A stretch of 64,000 nucleotides of DNA, from NCBI GenBank assembly GCA_015680685.1, contig MNCI01001559.1:126190-190189 (forward strand), read 5' to 3'. Both the position numbers and the translations under genes were made by a program. This stretch comes from Gnetum montanum (Eukaryota; Plantae; Gnetophyta). This document shows, piece after piece, positions 27,655 to 40,222 of the stretch. A model generated the notes under the pieces. The model had not been told where the DNA came from. It saw nothing but the letters and a program-made list of their open reading frames with translations, and did not search any database. Every line of letters begins with the position of its first letter. Position 1 is the stretch's first letter.

Positions 27655-28454
27655 TGATGAGTGGTGAGGTACCCCTACACTCAACCATACGAATACGAGC
27701 GTCTCACGCACGATCTAGTCGAACTCCAAGGACTAAGTGCTTATGCGCCTTATGGAACACTTAAGGTTAATCAATCGTTGTCTTTCCAAACTTACTTGTA
27801 TTGTCACGGTTGTATTATTAAGTAAGTTTGAGGTATGTGATTTTTATATGTTTTCTCTTTTTATGTCTTTACGCTAAGAGGGAAGGGTGAAAAGACTAAG
27901 TGACTAACTTTCATTAACTACTCATTAACTAAGTTCTAATTGTCCTAGCACCAGTATCCGTTCCCACTTGCTGCACACACCTTGAACTAGTGCAACACTG
28001 CTGGGATTACCAAACGCTACTCGTTACTGGGTTACCAAGCCTTGCACACGTGCTCGAAGCGGTCGTACTGAATGCACTTAACTAGGAGAGTTGAGGGTTG
28101 AGAGAGATTTAATTAACTAGGAAAGCATTTAAACATTTAACAATAATAAAATCCTAATTAGCTTAGTCCATGCACTGCAAGGTTTATCAGAAAGTTGGTC
28201 TTTATTGCCATACACAAATGTGTGCTCAGGTACAATTTGCTCAAATAAAGATCCGTTCACTTTAAGACTCCTACTGCGGGCACATGGAAATTATTCTATC
28301 TCTGGAATGGTAAAACTGCCAGAGTTTAGCTAAGGGTCTAGATCTAGATGAGTGAACAAGGGAAAGCTGCCTCTTATTTATAGAACTGGCGACGGGCTGC
28401 GATATCGCAGGGGCCGACGCGATGTCGCAGCTGATGTGATATTGTGGCTCATCA
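27655..28454 (-). repeat. 5' LTR of copy 1
   Basis: Direct repeat of 14411-15221; followed on the minus strand by the PBS. Confidence 0.93.
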
Positions 28455-28555
28455 CCTAGCTTTATGCTTGGCTAAATGACTTTATGTGGCATCTAGCATA
28501 GGAGCTACTTGGTTAATTTTGAATTGATGATCAACTAGGTAGAGATAGTATAAGA

Positions 28556-31500
28556 AAAAGAAATGGTAACATAGGATGCATCTTGTACTATCTCTACCAT
28601 TTTTTTAAAGAAATGGTAACATAGGATGCATCTTAAAGAAATTGCACCTTGATGGTATTGGTGTTGCTGCTACATGGGCAAGGAAGGCCAAAGCTTTCAA
28701 GATTTTCCAACAAGCAACAACCTTCATTGACACCAAAGAGCATCGTGCATAGCTTGATATGCTGCACTCACAATTGAGGACCAATTGTAAGTGTGGGTAT
28801 CTGCCTTGACACCTTTAGGGGGTATGTAGATGTTTCATTGTGTTTTTTGATTATTTTGGTGTCTTGTTTGGTTCTGTCTGTGGTTGGGCTGGTCCGGGGG
28901 TCTAGACTGGTGGGTGGGGAGATGGTGTTCAAATCTATCTGTTTTGAAAGCTCCATGGGACCTGATTTTGTCTTGCTGTGATTCTGGTTTGGGGTGATCC
29001 ATCCCCGTTTGTTGGAGTGGACAGGCACCCTAGTTTTGATCTGTAAGGTGTGTTGGGGGTCTATCCCCTGATGTCTTTTCTTGGCTGTACATTTTTGTTG
29101 ATAATATACTCCTGAAAGTTTCTCAAGAAAAAAACATAGATAATGAGATTGGTTATGTGGATAAGCCTTGTGAGACTATAAAAATTGTAACTCATGTGCA
29201 TGCTACTAAAACAAAAAGCTTCCTAGCCTAGATAGCCATGGATATTGGTCTTTCTATTATGTTTACTAATGATTTTTTGCATCTGTGTTAGTGCTGGGCT
29301 GTTGTTTGTATCTCGATTGATGTTTGAACAAGGTTTGATGCGCTTTGAAAGCCAAAATGTTATTATGTTTAATGTTTGATTTTCCATTGACATGAGTGGA
29401 ATATTGATGGGTATAAAGCTTGTGATTTTATTGATACTAGGCATAATTGGTGCTTAGAAAATGTTTATATGGCATGTGAGAATGATGAATGTGACTTGGA
29501 AGATGAGAAAAGTCCATTTGTTGAATCTGGTATATTGCCCTCATGGATTAGCAAGGCTTTGAGCCCTATCTCAATGATTGATACTAATGTATCTCTTCGT
29601 ATATTTTTCATGGAATTTTTGTGCAGGTTTGAGCCATTGTAGGGATACAATTGAGGCATTCTACCTAAATGGTAAATTGTTGGAAGCGTGGTAGGGCATT
29701 AAGACATGCCTCCAAGAGCAAATGAAGCTTAAAACCTCTAACATGGTTATCAATCATGATCGCTCTTCTACCAACACAATTCATGTATTGAGTCATGTGT
29801 TATGTAAAGTTAAATCCAATGGCCTTGAGTCATGGAAGCATTGTATCTTCCAGCTTGTGAAAGTTCATTAATGATGACATTTTTTAAGGGGGCGAGAGAT
29901 GAGCAGGACATCCCCCCAACCCCAATGTACTTTTCCTCATGTGTGTGTGTCTTGCAAATGTCATGTTTTTTGAATGTTTTGGGCATTTCAAGTCAGTGTC
30001 AAACTGAATGAAGTGTCAAGAATCGAATACTGGATGCTACTTAAAGATTGGGAAGGATAGTTGTTGGGACATCAACAAGCTTGGAGATGTCTAGACAAAG
30101 TTGGAATACTTCAATGGAGACGTTTGGAATGCATGGGATGTTTGCAGGCAAGATATCTTGACTGTACATTCTAGACTCTCTAGTGAGACGTTTGGGCCCC
30201 TCCTAGACATCTTGGTAAAATTGAGCTAAACTTCTTTTAGGTCATCTTGGCATGTCTAAGACAACTAGAACTTTTGAATTCAAGCACCAAGCAAGCCAAA
30301 AGGTTGCAATGGAAAGCTAAAAACACATGCAAAAAAGCTATAAATTGAGAGTTTGGGTATAGCTTTGAGGATCATACTTGGGAGAGGCAAGGCAAAGACA
30401 CTTGAGAGGAAGAGGTGAAGAAGTCTCTTATGAGTGTTGTCTTGTCTTCTTGAGTGTGTGCTCTATTGTGAGCCACAATTGAGTAAGGGTTGAAAAAGAT
30501 CATTGAAGACATGTGTTGCCTTTATTGGAATTCAAGGTCCACAAGAACTAGAGAAACTATGTTAGTTGAGCAAATTATTGTAAGTATAACAAATAGACAA
30601 ACTGCAAATATATAACTGTAAGGCAATCCACAGTTGAGGTACGCAAGTAAAACAAGTCATCTAAAGGAGTAATAGGAATTCAGAACTATCAAGGAGTACA
30701 CAATAGGCTTCATAGCTTGTGCACCAGCAAAGGTATGAAATAATAAGTACTAAACCGTGAATGATAGAAACCCATAGTTGTGTATATACAAACTTAAAGA
30801 ATGAAAATACTTAAGTAAAGAACAATATAGTGCAGTGAGTACAGAACACGAACCTAAAACAATGGGGTTAGTACATTAGAGCATAACTATAACCGTATAC
30901 TCAGTAACCAATGGTTTTTATGTGTCTTTCTTGTATGTGCAGAATATGACAATGCAGTCCCTTTTATCTCTCTTGGAACTCAAGGGACATATCTTTTTGT
31001 TAATAGACACACACCCTTCTATAAGAGAATTAACTAATCATGTAAACCGTGATGGTCATACATCTTCTTTACAACATACACGTTGAGGTTGAGAATCACA
31101 ACATTAGTCAACACTTCCCCTCAAACTCAATGTGGATTAACTTTCATTTTTTTTAAAAAAAAAACTTATTAAAGCTTTACCATAAATTACATCTCCATGG
31201 ATTTACATTATATCCTTTATTCAAATTTTCAAAACCAATTTTAAAAGATATAAATTATACTTAAATTCCCCTTAAACTGCACCTTAAGTTTGAATAATTT
31301 TCATTTTTACTTCACGATTATGAAAAAGTTAATAATGGCCAGTGCGGAATCCCCTTTATTAAATACTTCATTTCTTTTTGTTATGGGCTAACTATGCATA
31401 TCGAAACCTGTATTCCTCAAACAGCAAAGCTATAAATTATGATTATATTACAGTGTATCGACAGTTTTATTATTCTGTTCTTTTATTTAATATATCGTGT

Positions 31501-33428
31501 TCATATCTTAACGATAAAACAAATTCCTTGAAATAGCAAGAAAGAAACTATGACAAGAAATTGAAAGGGGAAAGAATCCTCTAAACGATATCATGACCAA
31601 GATGATTAACCTTTCAAGACAATATAATTTGAAGCCACAGAACTTCTAAAAACCATCATCTAGAAGCAGCAAAACCTATTGGAGTTCTATATTCATATTT
31701 AGAAAAGCTCATAATTTAACATGCTGTCAAACTCACTAAGGGCAAGATCATCTTCAATACTTACTTTCTCCGTGGTTTGAGGAGGCTTAGACAATTTTGA
31801 CAACATCGTGGTAGTTTCAACGATGGAGGAATAAGACCATGAACGTTAAGGGAGCTGTTACCCACTCCAGTGCATTCCTAACCATGGTGAGAGGAGGATT
31901 GGGTATGCTCAAGCTATTTTGAACAATTAAATTAAGAAGATCACTTGCATATATAGCAACCGTGGTCATATCAGCCGAAAATTGTGCCAATTCTTTGGTC
32001 TTCGTGTGTGCCTTCTTTTTTGCATCCAGCTGTGCTAACAGATCTTCCTTCTCCTTGAGGAGCTCTTCTTTAGCCTTGACCTCAATGTCAAAGCTCTGTT
32101 TAATCGATGTCCAAGTTTGAACTGCAACCTCTTTTTCTGCAATTGCCTTTTGTTTTTCAACAGCCATCTTGGACACTTCTCCTCTACTTCCTTCACATGT
32201 TCCTCCATCATCTGCAACCATACAGTGTCAACCGTCACAAGTGAAATGTTTTTCAAGTGTTTAAGCACCAACTCCTTTATGGCTTGCTTTCCTTTCTCCA
32301 ACAGAACCATGGTTTTCAACTTATAGAAATCAAACTGCTCTCTTATTAAACTCCTAGATGAACCGTGGAGTGCCACATCTTGGATCTTCTTATTTAACTC
32401 ATCCACCTACGTTGAGATGATTGCAACTTGTGGAGATTTTCCTTTATTAACATACCACGTGTATAACAAGCAGTCGCTCAAAACTATGTATACATCAATG
32501 AGAGAAGTACCTTATTGTCTAAAAAGACGACGGTTGATTTTGAAGTCACCTTCTGCAGCTTCTCCATCATCCTCTCCATGACCTTAACTTCAAGATTTCT
32601 TCACTGTAATTTATTAAGTCCGTCCAGCTTGAAGAATTATAAATATACTCATCTTGAATATGTTTTAAAATGGTTGTGTTAAAGAACTTAACTGTAGCTT
32701 CGTATTCCAAGAACTTATTTTCCAAAACAGAGTCTTACATGATTAGATCTTTGGCACTGCTGCTGATAGGCACATCCACAGTATCTGATCATGCCTTCTG
32801 AGGAACTGTGACAGTTCCTCTTGTTTCAATCTCTACTAGCTTCTCTGTGCTCTGTATCTCTAAACTGCTAATCATGATAGCGTAAAGGGCATCTAGAGCA
32901 ATAGAATCTCTAGTTCTTGCTAGGATTTTTTTTTTCTTGAGAAACTTTCAGGAGTATATTATCAACAAAAATGTACAGCCAAGAAAAGACATCAGGGGAT
33001 AGACCCCCAACACACCTTACAGATCAAAACTAGGGTGCCTGTCCACTCCAACAAACGGGGATGGATCACCCCAAACCAGAATCACAGCAAGACAAAATCA
33101 GGTCCCATGGAGCTTTCAAAACAGACAGATTTGAACACCATCTCCCCGCCCACCAGTCTAGACCCCCGGACCAGCTCAACCACAGACAGAACCAAACAAG
33201 ACACCAAAATAATCAAAAAACACAATGAAACATCTACATATCCCCTAAAGGTGTCAAGGCAGATACCCACACTTACAATTGGCCCTCAATTGTGAGTGCA
33301 GCATATCAAGCTATGCACGATGCTCTTTGGTGTCAATGAAGGCTGTTGCTTGTTGGAAAATCTTGAAAGCTTTGGCCTTCCTTGCCCATGTAGCAGCAAT
33401 ACCAATACCATCAAGGTGCAATTTCTTT
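28556..33428. repeat. Fold-back insertion copied from ABCC intron 5, with ~520-bp terminal inverted arms
   Basis: 29135-33425 is the reverse complement of 46806-51095, and the ORF-track peptides are identical or nearly so. 28638-29134 is a direct copy of 46806-47302. The arms are 28616-29134 and ~32929-33447. Confidence 0.95.
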
Positions 33429-35615
33429 AAGATGCATCCTATGCTACATGCCTTTAAAAAACCTATCACCACATCACATGACAAAAACAAGAACCTTGTA
33501 GAAAATAATCGAATACTTGAGGGGATCAAAAGGAAGAAGGAAATGCTTAAATCATACCTCTAGCATATTTGTAAGTAAATGACAAAAGTAAATGTAGAGA
33601 TATCGAGATTGGCTAGGAAAAGCAAAAGTCTCTTCATGTTGTAGGAAGTGCAAATGATTTGAGAACAAATGACCATCGAAATTGCAACATGGAAGAATGA
33701 GGCCTTATAGATTGAAATGATCTAAGGTCACTATAGGGATCAAGCAAGACTTTAAAAGAAAATAATAAGAAGGAGCTCAAGGTAGCTAAGGTCAAACTCT
33801 ATGCTACTTTGCAATAGCTTGAAATGATTACATGGATGAGTGTTTTATATGTTATCAATACAATGAATTAGATAAAAGATAAAATGAAGAATACTTAGAT
33901 TAAGAACCTAATGCATTATACTGAATTAACTTATCTTCGATATTTTAATTAGGCCATACTAATTATAGGTAGGTAATGAAGTGAACTAGAAAAGCAAGTT
34001 GCATATACATTCTTATTATATGAATATAAATGTCAAATTCATGATTAAACCAAACAAAATATGCAAGTTACAAATGGGGCACCAAAGGTTCTCAAGGTGA
34101 AATTCACTAGTCATAGAGATGTAATAGAGGACTTGATAAAAAGAATGACAAACTACTAGTAGTTGAAGGACCAGGTAATTGTGCTTAAAGTAGAGTAAAC
34201 AACATTTGTTACTTGGTTTATCTAAATGAATAAGATGTTTCCAAATTTGTCATGTCAATGGAATGTCCCACTAACACTTGACTTGGCCAAGCTTGCTGAA
34301 ATTATCAGGGACCCATGTATAAATGAAAAGAAGTACATGTCCTTTTCTTGAAAATCCAGCATGAAGGAAAATAAGCTAGTAGAGGAGCCACTAAGAGAGG
34401 AACCACCTGAAGATCCATTGTCAGTGGAGTTTTGAAGAAATTTAAAGATTCTTGTAAGTTTGTAAATTTTTAATGTTTACTTCAATGTTCTTATTTTTTG
34501 TAATGTACATCATTTCAATAAAGTTTTGTAATGCAACACATGAATTTTTGTACTGTTGCAAAGTTAGGCATTCAATTAGTTCGTATCTATCACTCCCCTA
34601 AAGTTTGTAATAAATTGTATCTCCTTTTTGTTGTAACTCGAGAGTTAGTGTTTGGTTAGTCATGAGATGATGAAGAATAAAAAGTAACAATAATCGATTA
34701 TGATGTCGCAACTAATACATTATTACTGTGATGTTGCAAACGCAATGTCTACCAATCAATCTTCGCTTATAAATATGGCTCACCAATTGCATTTACGATA
34801 TCGTCTGATTAATAATTAGTAAAGCTCTTGTAATATGATTTTGTAATCTTATGAATAGCCAATGAGTGTTCCTAGTATGAATTTGAGTTACTTGTTGAGA
34901 GTCTTATTTAAATGGAATATACTTGGACACTTTTCATGATCGGTAATAAGATCTAGAGTAATTCTTTCTCATTGTAGTACTTTGACTTAGTTTAAATTTA
35001 ATATTTTTATGCATTTAATTTCCATTGTTTTATAACATAATGATTTATGTTTTTATTGCATCATAATTATTTGGCAAAATGAACGCAAACTAATCTCAAC
35101 GGAAACATGCACTCTTGGTAATCTTAGTAGCAATTCACTTAGAACACTTAGTAGTATAAACACTTGGTGATCCCAATGATGGATGCACAAGTCTAGGATG
35201 CAATAACAGATGGGGGATCAAACACTCATAACATTTAGGCTTGTTTAGGATTTAATTCATGATTTAGTTAATTCATTAGTTAAATGTTATTTCTTATTTC
35301 ACTTAGCTTAGACTTGGTTGCTACAACATCATTGATCATATACCTTACCTAGGTTGAACCTAAAAGGGCCATTGCTACTTTAGGCGGAAAGTTAGTGACT
35401 CATAATCACCTAACAAGACTAATCCATCCATGGATCATGATGAAGTGCATTTTTTACTTTTTCCAAAGGGTAAGAGAGAGGTATGCCCTTGTGGGAGGAT
35501 AGGGCTAAATAAAATTTGGTTTATTTTGCTCTCTCATATATATAATTCAATTTGTTGATGATAAATATAAAAACTAGAAAAAGAAATTAAATTTATAGGG
35601 TTATCTAAACACTTT

Positions 35616-36492
35616 GGGGGGGGGGGGGGGGGGGGGGGGGGCCCCCAAAAANCATCTTGATACATAATCCTTCAGAGGGTGTGGGAGTACATTCCAAAGA
35701 GCAACCTCATGCTAGGAATCAATAAGAACTGCGAGTTAATAAGACCAGGGGAATAACAGAGAGCTAAAAATGCTCAAAATTATGATGAGACACTCCGATG
35801 TAGCAGATCGAGATGAGAAAGAGTGCACAAATTGGTGTATCTGCTCCAAGGCTACAAACAATAAAACAACCGATTAGTATCCAACTTTAACTTAGAAGTG
35901 TGAGATATAATTTGGAAATGCACAAGGCGAAGAATTTGAAATTTTTTCATAATAGTTAAATGGTTAGAGTTAGACAGATCAATGTTCTGGAAAAGAGCAG
36001 TGCATCTGCGCTTCCATATATAGTAAAGAACAAGGGGCCTAATAACTTCCCAAAGAAACTAAAGGTCAAGAGAGGGGGTGTCCAGAAAGCCGAACAAGAT
36101 ATCCTCATGGGAAAACTTGCACAAAGAGAAAACTTTAGAAACCCACTCCCATGAAGACTGAGCGAAGGGGCAATGCCAAAAAACATAGACAAAATCATCA
36201 GGACCTCCACAGAGAGGGCAATTAGGGTTTGGAATCCCAAAATATTCATGACATTTGCTGATAGGTAGGCCTTGATGAAGGAGGCACCAAAGAAATTGTT
36301 TAATTTTTGGAAGAGTCGGAGGGCTCCAAACTTGTGAGAAGAGGGAGAGCCAAAATTGTTCAGACTCTTGTTTGTGCCATGATCTATTGCAGCGATTAAC
36401 AATCATAGAGGAGCCATGCAACAACTGAAAGGGCACATGTGGTTTATAGGGTATAAGGCTTTTGAAGAGATAAATTGGTTAATGGACCGAGC
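35616..36492 (-). mobile_element. 5'-truncated L1-type LINE fragment (zf-RVT region)
   Basis: VWSPPTLPKIKQFLWCLLHQGLP...CPLCGGPDDFVYVFWHCPFAQSSW. 14-bp TSD TATCTAAACACTTT at 35602-35615 and 36493-36506. The 3' end is obscured by a G-run and an N. Confidence 0.85.
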
Positions 36493-36639
36493 TATCTAAA
36501 CACTTTTGAAGAGATAAATTATACAATATAGACATTAGAGAAGGCTCAAAGTGGCTTTTATTTTAAATTAGCCATGGGAATAGTGTTTTAATGGCCTTGG
36601 CATGTGTCAAAAAATGAAACTATTAAAAAGGTTTCTACA

Positions 36640-36850
36640 TCACTATGCCATTGAAAAGGATAGGGGTCCTTGAAAGGTTGGTGGATGAGGCAAAGCCTAA
36701 CCTCTCTCAAGTGAAAAGGATAGGGGTCCTTGAAAGGTTGGTGGATGAGGCAAAGCCTAACCTCTCTCAAGTAGATAAGCCTAGGCTTGAATCCAAGACT
36801 TACAATTTCAGAAATAAACACTTTACCATCACCACAAGTGGTGTTTCCTA
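36640..36850 (-). mobile_element. tRNA-derived (Au-like) SINE with an internal exact 60-bp tandem duplication (36652-36711/36712-36771)
   Basis: Minus strand has an A-box-like TGGTGATGGTAA and a B-box-like GGATTCAAGCC. A homologous copy lies at ~55790-55930. The Au resemblance is from memory of the consensus. Confidence 0.6.
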
Positions 36851-37633
36851 TGATTAAATCATGAAAAAGAAAAAAAAGAGATTAATATAATTTAAAAAAA
36901 TTGTTAAGAAAAACTATAAAATGATTAAAGAAAATTGCAAATAAACAACTTATCTATGCCTTCAGTAAAGCCAATAATGAAAGAAAACCAAGAAAATCGA
37001 TATAGGTGACTCTATTGTGTTCAGGCAAGAGGAGCTAAGGTAACAGGGCTACTCAGGGTAACCATGACTCTGGTGGAATCAACCATCGCAGATGTCTCTG
37101 TTATTCTTGTGTCCGCAGCGTAAAAGCTACGCCATATTACAGTGATATGCAGGATGTTAGACCGGTTCAGGGCGCACGTTGCCTTGGATTCTACCATTCG
37201 TCTTGGATTTGCTGGTTGCCCTGCTTCCGCGGCCTTTCTGCCGTGCATCGGAGCCGCTCAATTATTAGAATCACGTGAGAATTCTGTCTCCCTCTTCACT
37301 GTTCACCCAACAAATTTAAGAAGTCAAATTTTGACCAAAACCAATCAAAAACTAACAGGAATAATCCAAGGACGCACAGTGCCCACGTTTATAGACCTCC
37401 GTTTCAGGCGCCTACCAGTCTACCACAGTGGCACTGCCTTGCTTGCGCGCCAAGCACCAAGAAACTTCGCTCTGAATTCGTCCAAAATTAGGGGAAAAAC
37501 AAACATGCATTCCAAAAGCGAATCGCCATGTTTCAGATTCTTCACCCTTGCGTGTCCAATCCGGAGACACCATATGATTTTCGATTTTACGTCGTACTGT
37601 GTTAATATAATAATTTAGAGGTTTGTTGAAGGA

Positions 37634-37780
37634 ATGACACGAATGAGCAGCAGCAGCAGCGTCAGCAGCAGTGTCAGTTGGTTAAGAGATGATAATGATG
37701 GATTAAGGTCGATTGTGGAGGAGGACGCAAGACGAGAAGAACGTGACAGCAGAGTATCAAATTATGGTATCAGCATCTAA
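37634..37780 (+). other. Possible 48-codon upstream ORF in the ABCC leader
   Basis: ATG...TAA encoding MTRMSSSSSVSSSVSWLRDD...GISI, 138 nt before the predicted ABCC start. The transcription start is unknown. Confidence 0.3.
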
Positions 37781-37918
37781 AAATAACTGAATAAATAAGT
37801 AATAGAGAGCCTGCTCAAACCATCACTCCTGCTGCTGCTGCTGCTGCTCGTGGTTTTAGGCGTGTGCTCTACGACCGACGGGCACCCATATCGACTGTGC
37901 AGGGCAGGGAAGAAAACA

Positions 37919-40222
37919 ATGCAGGACGAGGGGGGGCTCACCTTAATCTCAATGTTAAGATCAAGAAGCAGCAGCTTGGTAGGATGTTGGAATTGGAGGT
38001 GCAGTGGCCCTCCACAGGTACAGGCTCATGTCGTGGCATGGATCCAGTTTGTGCTTCTGTATCCATGTCCTCAGAGGTTGTTGTTTTCTGTATTCAACTT
38101 GGTGTTTGTGCTTTTATTTCTGGCTTTTGCACTGCACAAACTCTGCGCCAGATTCCTTTCCAAAGCTAAATCCAAATCCAAGGACGATGAAGCCACCAGG
38201 GCTGGCATGAATGGATCCCGGACAGATTCGTCAGAATTGGTGAAGGTCTCGTGGAAACACATCACAACGGTGTCGGTTGCATCTGTCTACGCTGTGGTCT
38301 TTGTAGGGCTCAGCATCTGCAGACTGGCAATCATAATCATACTCCGACACCAACGACAAGAACAACAACGAGGAACAGGATGGCATCAGCAGGAGAAGGA
38401 GAAGGGGTCGTTTTTGTCTGTGGAATCAGCCTACACAGTAACACAGACACTGGCGTGGCTCGTGTTCGCAGCAGTTGCGGGCCACGAGAAGAAATTCCGA
38501 GCAACTCTTCACCCCAGATCGCTGCGCCTTTGGTGGGCGATCAGTTTCATATTCTCAGCTCTTTTTTCCGCCTCTGCAATTGCCCGCCTCGCTTCTCAGC
38601 CTCACACACACACAGAGACCAAGACCCAGAGACTTATTTTTCTCCTGGACGACATTTTTGCGCTGCTTGCATTTCCAGGACACGCCTACCTGTTATTTGC
38701 AGCTTTTACAGGAACAACAGGCATCAGCATCAGCATCAGCAGCAGCAGCAACAACAACAACACTGGAACTGCCGAGGAATCTCAGCTTACCGAACCGCTG
38801 CTGAACAAGGAATCAGAATCAGCACCGGAATCCAGTAACCCCGACACCGAATCCATAACCAGCTACGCAAGCGCAGGGATATTGTCTAAGCTAACGTTTG
38901 TATGGCTAAACGTTTTGCTGAAAAAGGGCTACAGGAGGCCTCTGCAACTGAGGGATGTTCCAATTATGGGAGCTTCCGAGAGCGCGGAACATCTGTACCT
39001 GCGCTTCAAATCCATGTGGCCAGCGCCGGCACAGGACAAGCAAAAAGTGGAGGCGGATCAGCACCCAGTTCGGTGGACGCTGCTGCGCTGTTTCTGGCAG
39101 AATTTCGCTGTGACTGCGTCGCTGGCGCTGGCCAAGCTGTGCGTCATGTACATTGGGCCCATGCTCATACAGAGCTTCGTAAGCTACACTTCTTCACCTG
39201 TGCGAGTAGCCTACCAAGGATACCTGCTGGTTCTGATCCTGTTGTTAGCCAAGGTTGTGGAAGTAGCTTGTTCTCACCAGTATGCGTTCCAGTGCCAGAA
39301 ACTGGGCATGATGTTGCGCGCCACACTGATTACCAGTATTTACAGAAAAGGATTGAGGCTTTCAAGCTCGGCACGCCAGTCGCATGGAGTTGGTCAGATC
39401 GTCAACTACATGTCCGTGGATACGCAGCAACTTTCGGACATGATGCTGCAGCTTCACTATGTGTGGATGATGCCACTGCAGGTGGGCGTAGCTCTGGTGC
39501 TTTTGTTTGGGGTTTTGGGCATGTCCATGTTGTCTGGTTTCCTGTGCATGGCCATCGTTATGGGTGTGGTTGCTTGGAGAAACCAGAGCAATAAAATGTA
39601 CCAGTTCAATGTAATGAAGGAACGCGATCTGCGTATGAAGGCCACCAATGAATCCCTCAACTACATGAGAGTCATCAAGTTGCAGGCCTGGGAGAACCAT
39701 TTCAAGACCAAAGTGGAGGCTCTGCGCACAAAAGAGTATGGATGGCTCGCCAAATTCATGTATTCCCTTGGTCTGAATATTGTGATTCTGTGGTCTACGC
39801 CGACGCTGGTTTCGGCTCTGACGTTCGCGGTGTGCGTTTATATGGGTGTGCCTCTGACGGCTGGGAAGGTTTTCACTGCGATTTCGATTTTCAGGATCTT
39901 GCAGGAACCCATCAGGAATTTCCCTCAGGCTCTAATATCCCTGTCTCAGGCCATTGTGTCGCTGGATAGGCTGGACAGGTATATGACTAGTAACGAGCTT
40001 GATCCCCAGGCAGTCCAGCTTGTGGCCCCTGGTCACCACATTGCTGTTTCTATTCGTGATGGGAGTTTCTTGTGGGATGAAGCTGACTCCAAGGCCACTC
40101 TCAGAGACATCAATGTTCAAGTCACACGCGGTGCTTTGGTGGCCATTGTGGGCACTGTGGGATCCGGCAAGTCCTCTTTGCTTGCAAGTGTCTTAGGCGA
40201 AATGCCAAAGCTCTCTGGAGAG
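37919..40222 (+). CDS. ABCC4: ABC transporter C family (MRP; AtABCC4/ABCC14-like), exon 1: TMD0, TMD1, NBD1 Walker A
   Basis: WIQFVLLYPCPQRLLFS, HEKKFRATLHPRSLRLWW, SHGVGQIVNYM, GTVGSGKSSLL; GT donor at 40223. The first in-frame ATG is 37919 (37952 is an alternative). Confidence 0.95.

Larger units (their letters stand above)
14411..28454 (-). mobile_element. Non-autonomous Athila-like LTR retrotransposon, copy 1 (gag-protease only); host of a nested copy
   Basis: LTRs at 27655-28454 (5') and 14411-15221 (3'). TSD CCTAG at 14406-14410 and 28455-28459. PBS and PPT present. gag and protease present; no RT, RNase H or integrase. Confidence 0.93.

Noticed and set aside
28638-33425. L1 3' transduction with twin priming
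   Set aside because: Twin priming would not duplicate the same 5' endpoint on both sides. There is no terminal poly(A) after the cargo, and candidate introns are retained.
28616-33447. Autonomous DNA transposon (MULE/Foldback) or Penelope pseudo-LTR reading of the inverted arms
   Set aside because: The arms are a LINE 3' end with poly(A). There is no transposase or GIY-YIG/RT and no 8-11-bp TSD, and the donor is local.
34554-35328. Possible solo LTR (tgttgca...tacaaca)
   Set aside because: No matching TSD or second copy, so the boundaries are unsupported.
35616-35652. G26 run followed by an N (possible G-quadruplex or poly-C tail)
   Set aside because: It is adjacent to an N and is probably a sequencing or gap artefact at the LINE 3' end.
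37142-37618. 158-aa ORF and antisense 75-aa ORF upstream of ABCC
   Set aside because: No recognisable motif. This is GC-richer promoter-like DNA with a G-box (tcacgtga at 37271), so they are likely chance ORFs.
37864-40196. Many alternative-frame and antisense ORFs over ABCC exon 1
   Set aside because: Shadow ORFs of a GC-rich coding exon.
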